This document shows, piece by piece, positions 55,137 through 64,000 of a stretch of 64,000 nucleotides of DNA. Positions within the stretch are counted from its first letter, which is position 1. Each line of letters begins with the position of its first letter. The notes below the pieces were generated by a model. The model did not search any database, was not told the origin of the DNA, and worked only from the letters and a program-made list of their open reading frames with translations. The position numbers were made by a program, and so were the translations under genes. The stretch comes from Chrysomallon squamiferum (lineage: Eukaryota > Animalia > Mollusca), in assembly GCA_012295275.1 (NCBI GenBank), contig CM022679.1, positions 16,430,001-16,494,000 of the forward strand, in the 5' to 3' direction.

Positions 55137-55432
55137 TGTGGGTTTTGGTTTTTTTTTTATTTACTTCGTCAGCTTTTACACCTACTATGAAAAACAATGA
55201 AATAAATCTCAATGAACTAAATAAAGAAATGATTGTCACTCAGATTTTTAAATAAAAGAATGTTACACCTGTTATAATCTATTATCAACAGGCGATTCTG
55301 GAAGCAAAACGAAAATACACTTTAAATTAGAAATTTATTAAATATATGTCATTAATAAAATTATATATTCAGTATCTCTTGAAATATTACTATAATACTG
55401 TATTAAACTGCAATAGAGAATTGAATGGTAGT

Positions 55433-55499
<67 letters not shown>

Positions 55500-55820
55500 A
55501 TATATATATATTAATTATTGTTTTATAATCAGTATCAGAAAATTATTATATCAGCAGTTAAATGGATCTACTCGAAATAGAGACATTTGTGTGCACGTCC
55601 GGGATTTTTCCGATTCCATCAAGTGCTCCACTGACATCATATTAATAATTGTGGACTTCTCCCGTCATGGGCAGGTGCATATTGAAAATTCTTTGTTGCT
55701 AATTGATAAAAGCGGCCTAAATTGTGCTGGCAGCGGATTGATCTCTAATATCTGTCTACTAACCAACTACTGGTATGCTCTCTCTCGCTTTATACATTAG
55801 TACATACATACATGCATACA

Positions 55821-55858
<38 letters not shown>

Positions 55859-57547
55859 GATATAGATATATAAGTACTCAAAGAAAATACAAAGAAACGA
55901 AACAAAAACAAAAGATTAACATATCTGTTAAAAAGAAATAAAACCCTGCTAGAAACGACTGTAAAGTGATCACGATGCCTGTTGAAGACTGAGCAAGTCT
56001 AGATTCTGTGGCGCCTATCTCTAAGATCTCTCGCGATGAAAGATGTATCTGATAGGTAATTGGGTGTATTTTGTTTGAATAAATAATTTTCGCCAAATCG
56101 AGCATTCAGACATTGCAATACACAGACGTATCTGCTAACATCTAATATGCTGTTGATGGCGACATTTGCTTCACGGATGGGGGTCTTCGGGTTTTGAGGA
56201 TTTATTTCTGAAACCAAACAGCATGCACCTCTGGGTGGCCAAGATCCTGTGGTGTATGAAAAAGAACATCGCAGACTGTTCTTTACAAAATAATCTTGTA
56301 CTGTTTGTTATACCTTTGTTCTTACAGTAAGAAAACTGTTTAAAGGATTATTCTCAGGTAGCTGGAAATAAGTATTTGTTGTTGTTTGGTGTATGCACTG
56401 ACATTTTTTTAAAATAGTTATTCTGTATACGAGTTCTAAAAGCTCTATACTGCTTCATAGCTTGGGCTGTTTTTATTTAGCTGTTTCAAGATCTACTCTT
56501 TCTTATCCATTAACAGCAAGAGATTTTTTTTTTTTTTTTTGCTGCACAGGAAAACATGTATCTCGCCAGCGGGTAAATCAGACAGAGGGCAGTGGCTGAA
56601 TGTAAACAGCCAATTATTATAATGTATGTTAATCCACGCCAACTTGACTCAACCAGGAGCATCGATCCTGTAATCTCACGCGTGCATTCTTAACCCCAAG
56701 GTTACATTCTTTTCGCGTATCTTTAAAATGTAAACTTTTGAAACTTAAAGACCGTTTCATTGCGACATCTTGAAAAGAATGGTCTTTAAAACTTGAATTT
56801 AAATCCATCAGTATATATGTTCAAAATTTATATAGAAAAAATATAAAGTTTGTGATAATTATATTAATATGCACAGTGATATCGTGATGATGCACACGAT
56901 TCTTCATACAGTTTAGTACAAAATTAAACGAAAAAAATATATATTTATTTTTTAAATATATTTTGAACACAGAGACCTTATAATCAGTGTATGTTATTTT
57001 AAAAAACAACAACCTCTTGCTCATTATAAGAAAATTAGTTGTGAACCAACCACCATCACTACCCCTGTGTTAACCATATCCCCCTGATAAGTTTTGCCAC
57101 AACAGTTTGTACCTAAGCACTATCACTATAGAAGCATTGAGTGTATCGGGTAACGTACTCCTGCCATATGTTGGCTCATGTTATGTTTTGATTAGATTGT
57201 AGGAAATTAGGCCAAGGTCAAGGCAGTAATCTGGCAAATCATATAATCATGTTCACCGTTTACATGGAAAATACACAGGCGCTAAAAGAAACCCACTTAG
57301 CTAAAATAACAGACGAAATCCTTGACTATGATGTGTTATTCTTTGATAAGAGATTCCGTGTGCATGTGTACATTTGTAATTTGGTAACAACTTAATACGA
57401 ATTAACTTTCAGACACGAGTAAGTCCTTTTATCTCAAAGCCAGACTGTTTTTCATTTGTAAAGTTAATTGCCGATCCTAATTATACTGATAGAAAAAAAA
57501 AAGAAAAAAAATTTAAAAAAAGGCGGAGAGAGAGATAAATAGAGAAA

Positions 57548-57656
<109 letters not shown>

Positions 57657-57935
57657 TGAAAAGATATCATTAATGATCAGCACGCAGTTACAATATAGTG
57701 CTTGAATGGATTTTTGTTCTATAATGATAGCACAAGAAGTAAAACCCATTAAATCAAGTGTACTGTCTTTTCTTATCATACAGCAGCACATAATCTTTTG
57801 TATACAACCTGCCATAGACAAGAAAACACACACCTTTGATAAATCCATCACGGGTTACTGGTTCGAACAGGAAACAGCCCAAATGACAAACTATAGAGAA
57901 ATGATCCTTCAATATATACACATACAAACATACAC

Positions 57936-57982
<47 letters not shown>

Positions 57983-60900
57983 ACGCACACAGTATTAACA
58001 CGGAAGACTGACCAATAAGTTTATTGCATATCCTTTCCTTTAAGGCGTTTACCAGTAGAAATTTTTAGACGAGCTCTGTGATTTGACAATTATTTGCGAA
58101 GACTGTAACTGACATTTATACATACTGTTATAAACTTTAGTCTCATACTTTGCCATCAGTAGTGAGTTTTCTCTGCCGCACAATTATATTGTTAACAGAC
58201 AAATGTTATATCGCTGTTTTAATTGCGTATTCCCCTAGATAATTAAATGTACATAAACTATTAATAAATAAAGAAATCAAGGAATAAAGAAATACTTTTT
58301 TTTATTTATAGAACGATAAACAAAAACAGAAAACATTTCTATGATTCCCTAAAATCATACAAAAATAACAAAAAGAAAAATAAGAAGAAAAAAAGAAAGA
58401 AAAAGAACACAAAATCTCCTTTGTATTAAATTAAGCTCAGTGATTTACATTTTTCTTTTAACTAAAATATATTTATATTGTAACTGCATGGTGATCCTTA
58501 TTAATTATAATGATGTTAAATTCCATATTTTACAATGAATATATTTGTGAATTTTAGACAACAAATAAAAAATGAAAACCAAATTCATTTATTTATTTAC
58601 TAAACTGGAATTAAAACTAATACGTGAAGCCCTTCAGATTGGCGTGGAAGAATAAATGAAAACAGGCTGTAATTCTTTTATTAAATATATTCTAAAACCA
58701 ACTTCGCATCAAATGTTTACGGTACAAAAGAGAATTTCATTTATTAATTAATTATGAAGTTTTTACCGAGTGGTTGTGGAAGAGAACTTGTAAAAAGAAA
58801 CGGTGTGGTGTATTTGTTTCTAGTGGTGTATAATTATTGTGTTTTTACTTCCACCTCGCGCTGCAGACGAACTCGGCACGCGACCTCCGACGTGTCTCAC
58901 ACCAGCAGACGCGCTGAAACGTGTTAACTGCGGAACAATCTATGAATTGTAGACATCCATCTTGTTACAAGTTCTCTTCATCTTGACTTTTCGTCTAGCT
59001 AACCCGCTGAGCGATTGCAAAGGAAGGAACTTCAAAGCAGATAAAGTTTGTTAGAGTAAATGACCTTACCACATACATATCTAAGCTGTGGTTAAGCAAG
59101 ACCTTTGACCCACGTTGCGATTACTGCGCTTTTCAAGCTGTTAATCCTCGTCTAAGGCTTTTAGACAAAACATGCTTGCTTCGTCTCTTTCATCCAGGAT
59201 CAGTCAGCCAACCTCTATATGCTTAGAGGGCTTTTCTCGTTCTAACCCTTGTCCCATTTTTGGTTTATCAAGCTTACCGAATTATACTTTTCTATTTGAA
59301 GGAAAATATTATTATATATTCATGGTTGAAAACGTAAGCATTCATGTGAAACATCGTAAACATTATCTTTCTTTCATGTTTCGTTTTTGTTTTGTTTAAA
59401 TGTTTGTCATCTAATAACAGTTAACATTAAAACGTGATTGCCATGGTGTTAAACTGATATTCATGTGTCTTTATTCCAAAAATACGTCATATAATTTCAA
59501 GAGTACAGATTAATAATATTAACAATCGCGTATGTGAAACTGACGTTGTTTACTTATCATTTCACTGCGCTTGTAACATCCCCTATCGTGTTCGAACGTT
59601 CAGCAGATGACAGAAGATAAAAACACAGAGAATGTAGACACAACCGTTATAAACTGACTATACGTTACAGTCCAACTCTGATGCAGCATTAGAAAATGTT
59701 GAGAAAATATATATTATATTGCAACAAAAAGGTAGAGTCCGACAGAGTACTGATTTAGAGGTTAATGAAGATTTTAAATGTTCTGCAGTTATTATTGAAT
59801 GTACGTTACATCTCACTGATGTTTATTCAAAACAAAGAGAAAGGCAATTTTAGATCCTTGGGAAAAAAAATAAAATAAAATAAACCTATCAATTTTCCGA
59901 TTATGAAATTTTCAGCATTTTTATATTCAAAATATTAGTTCCAAATATAGACATGTATTGTTATTGAAGTGACTACAAACCAATTTCTCAAGATGTAACT
60001 CTGTACCTTGGATTGTCAGTTCCTTTGGAGACCGAATGGAGATTTGTTAACGTCGAAAAAATGCTCTTTTAATTAGAATTTCACTAACAGCATCAGTACG
60101 ACTTATTTTGATAGGCAAAGTCACTGTTTTTAAATTAGAAAGTATACCTCTTCTAATTTGGTGATTTAATTGAATTAGCAACTTTATCGTTGATTGGTTT
60201 TAGCTTTTAAAGAACACAGGGAAGTGAAAAGGAATGCAGATCAACGTTTCTTACGTATTCACCTAGGCAAGAAGATTTTGCCTTCGTTAGAGAACGTAAT
60301 CAGTTTAAAACACTGAGTGCAGCTCAGTTCGGGCCAACTGTTTAAGAATGGCACGCTTATTTAAACAAGTGCAAACTGCTCCAACAACAGCTGGAATCAT
60401 CATTGTTCATTCCAGTGATAAAGAAGTAACAAGTACAAAGAGATTTACTTGAATAAACTCAAAGAATCTATAGATTGGCTCCGATCTTCCTCTAATTTCC
60501 TCTCTTGTAATAGTTGCTAGTGCAGGAAGAGTGTGTGCTTGACCTTGTCATATTAGAGTGTGTAATGGCGCTGATTAGTCACGTTCCAATGTCTGACCTA
60601 ATTAGCTGTAACTAGATGAAGTGATTACCGAGTTGTCTGTTCCTAATGGAGTGAGATGTATGTATCGTACGTTCCTTTGTCTGAACCGCTAACGTCAAAA
60701 GAGATAATTATGTAATGATTGCAGAGCTTCCGGATTTTATTATCTTCAATTTTATCATTATATATTACGTTATCAGTTCAGTATGTACTAATGCGGATTA
60801 TCATAATGTCGAATTTCCAAAGTCTTATCTTTATTTTGTTTTCTATATTTTCATTTATGCAGTGTTCACATTAGTGTGAACTGTACTAAAGCTCAGTGTT

Positions 60901-62396
60901 AGAAGCTTTGTCTCAGAAGCCAGTGCTAATAGAGCCTAAACATTATTTGAATTTTGCACTGTTAATTTAAATATATGGTATTGTTTCTTTCTGACATAAA
61001 GATGTACTTACTATAGATCACTTTTACAGCAGTTGCATAAGTGAAAGAAGAAAACAAATTACCTTTGTTTTAATGTTAATAAAATATAAAAACTGAGAAT
61101 TTAGATATGTTAGATTTAGTTGTTATTGATGCATATCATAGAGTACTTGTTTGCAAATTAAATAACTGGTGGAAAATTTTGTGATCGAAAAAGGAAAAGT
61201 TTATCCACTTTTAGGAAGATGTTGGTGACAGGAAAATAAAACCTAATTCTCAGACGGATTTTTTAACGTTAATAATTTAATAGCATCTACCACCTGTTAT
61301 TTCAGAGCTTTGAATATCATAATGTTTTATAAAAAATAGTAAATGTGTTTCTAACAAATAAGATAAATCAGAAGAATTCATCACACTGAAAATTTACATT
61401 GTACTGAATTTAATGGTTCATCCCATAGGACTCTTAAAGGCATTGAACTTAAACAGCGATAAATTAAGAACAGGTATTACATTTAAATTATTTGTCATTT
61501 ATTTAAAATCGTTTTAGAAATTAGTTAACTTTATAAGCAAGTTTTTATTTTTTATTTCAAGTTTAGATAAGCATATAAGGTTTTGTCAGACTAAACAATC
61601 GAAAGAAGGAACATCTTCAGAGTAAACGTTTAGACTGCACTTGTTGTCAAATGAATTCTTGTTTACGACATTCTGTATAAATCGTTTTTCGTTGCTTAGT
61701 CTCTCTCTTTCTCTCTAAGTATTTTAAATTTCAGTAGCATAAATATGACAGTTAGTGTTTTGATGTATTTAAACACAGAAGTTTGTTAATGGTTTAAGTA
61801 AGATGTGAGATGTTTTCTGGCGGGGATCACGATGAGAAATAACTAACTATAATCAACAGACGTCCTGTTGTGTTTAGATTATTTGTCGTAATTCATGTCA
61901 CTCGTAACCAAGACGACTCGCACCCAGAAAGCTCGTTCTGACACCCTGGAAACGTCGCCCAAAACAGGCTGATTTCAGGACAATTCACAATCGGCACAAA
62001 TAGCGTTATTTGAAAATCTAACGTACTGCAAAGGCTATAGAGAGCAAATATGCTTTTGTTTGATATATTTTATTACAAAACAGAGACATAATAAAGACAG
62101 AATGTAGAATGTACACATTTTAGTTATAACTACATCCATACATCTATGTTTTATTGTGGATGTCTTTGTCGGTATCTCTTAATGTTTGTTGCGTGTATGT
62201 TATCATAAATCTTAATTAACTTAATGTGTTTGTGTGATATTTTAGTACTAGGATGAGTAAAACCCGCAAATTAAGTCCCCCAAAAGCCTCCCTTTTATGT
62301 GTTAATGATAGTAAATTTCTCTTGTTACTGTGTCGTTAAGATAACATATCTTGTATGCTTTGATGTAGTAATTTAGTGTTTTTTCTTCTTCACAAA

Positions 62397-62556
62397 ATAC
62401 TACTACTACTACTACTAATAATAATAGTAATTAGCGGTAATAGTAGGAACAATAGAAGCAGCAACAGTAGGAGTAGTAATAGTAGTATTAGAAGTAGTAA
62501 TTGTTGTAGCGGTAGTAGTAATAGTAGTAATAATATCAGTAGCAGTAGTAGTAGTA
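62397..62556. repeat. Degenerate (ACT)/(AGT)n tract
   Basis: Visible directly in the sequence. Confidence 0.85.
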
Positions 62557-63007
62557 ACTGTATCAGAAATGACAGTGTAGAAGAAGCTATATAAATATTT
62601 CACTGCCCTTTTTTATATTTAAATATTATTTATTTACTTATTAGTTGGTTTATTTGTATTTGTATTTATTTTTATATTTCTAAAAATACATTAAACTGAG
62701 TTTTCAAATTATTAACTGAAAACGAACGACGGTAATAAACATTTTAGTACATTTATTTAAGAATCAGCAATTAAAATATAACTGACAACTTACGTGTAGA
62801 CTGTGGAGTTAACTGAGTAAAGTGCATAATTAAAGCATGTATCTGGTTTCTCGAAGACATAGCCTGAAATTTAAAAAAACCACCATGTAGGTGAAACATC
62901 ACAAGCTGACTATGCCATTAGGCCAGATATGAGCTGTATTATTATTGTCACGATTTTATATAGCTAATAAATAAATAAATAAATACAGAGACACACATTA
63001 AACATAC

Positions 63008-63017
63008 ATTATTATTA

Positions 63018-63106
<89 letters not shown>

Positions 63107-63115
63107 ATTGTTATT
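63008..63115. repeat. (ATT)n(GTT)n microsatellite
   Basis: Visible directly. (AAT)n runs also occur at about 22623-22675, 32867-32918, 46893-46951 and 51053-51110. Confidence 0.95.
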
Positions 63116-64000
63116 GGTCAAAGTACTTTCTATCCAGAATATTGCCAAACAGAAACAGACAGCGTGCGTGATCTGTTAAGTTCGGGTCTGTTTATCTTAT
63201 TACACTTTGTCATTTTGTAGATGTGTAATTATTTTTGACAAACATGTCCTATACAGACTGATTTCCTCATTGATCTACTTAGTGCGTGTAACACACGCTC
63301 TCTCAGACGTTCCGCTACACTCATCTAAAATCGTTTACCGTTTCGTAGATGCCAGTTGACTTTTCGATAAGTCGAATGTTTCTTCAGCATCTTTGGCAAA
63401 ACTAACAAACGAAGGTTTGGGCAGCAGCCAAGACACTGATTTTCCTCTCGTCATTTGGGGACAGAACATTTACACTGGCACCGGGCCAGATGCAAGAGTA
63501 AATGAGCATGCTTGCAGAAGATTAGCCCTTTTCTTGTTGGTACGCGGTGAACAGTCTGGGCCACCAGTTAATTTTCTCAATGATTTGTGTTATGTTGTGC
63601 AGGGTCTAACTTGCTGACTGCCACCCTAACACCGCTCTAAAATTAAACACTTGATCGCTAATTATAGTATGTAAGACGCGCGTAAAAGTCAAAATTGTGT
63701 CTGGAAAGACTAACACGTGAATACCGACAGACAAACTGATTTCATTTTATATTGAGATGAACTTTTTAACTGGTGATCTGTTATTACCCTGTCAGCACTT
63801 TTAAAACAGAGCAGATCGTCTGTCTTCAGCCAGCTTCTTGCAGGTTTGGAACGGCAGTCACTTTGTACTTTGTGTGGTTGCGTCGTTTCTTTGGACGCGC
63901 TTCTCCAAACGCGGCTGACTACGTTCTGATCTTTCTCACTTTATTAATATGTACGCATTACCCCTTTTCACGAGATACACTGCACCTAATCTGCGAGAAC

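Overview
This window is AT-rich, intron-containing animal genomic DNA with many microsatellites. A mollusc is my guess, from composition and repeat types only. Positions 2.3-16.4 kb carry a complete minus-strand ATAD5 gene (Elg1-type PCNA unloader, large subunit of an RFC-like complex). I traced 18 coding exons by hand with phase-consistent splice sites, giving about 1,890 aa. The model has one apparent 1-nt frameshift in a T/A homopolymer in the exon after Walker B, and one ambiguous intron. Two introns hold decayed DNA transposons: a full-length Tc1 (DD34E) element and an internally deleted Tigger/pogo element. Upstream are an E2F-type palindrome, a sharp change from CpG-poor to CpG-rich sequence, and a ~380 bp foldback element. 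The remaining ~44 kb has no recognisable coding exon. It contains two minisatellites (38 bp and 57 bp units), SINE-like fragments, and several candidate plus-strand exons and splice signals that may belong to a divergently transcribed gene or lncRNA. I found no convincing novel multi-gene system.
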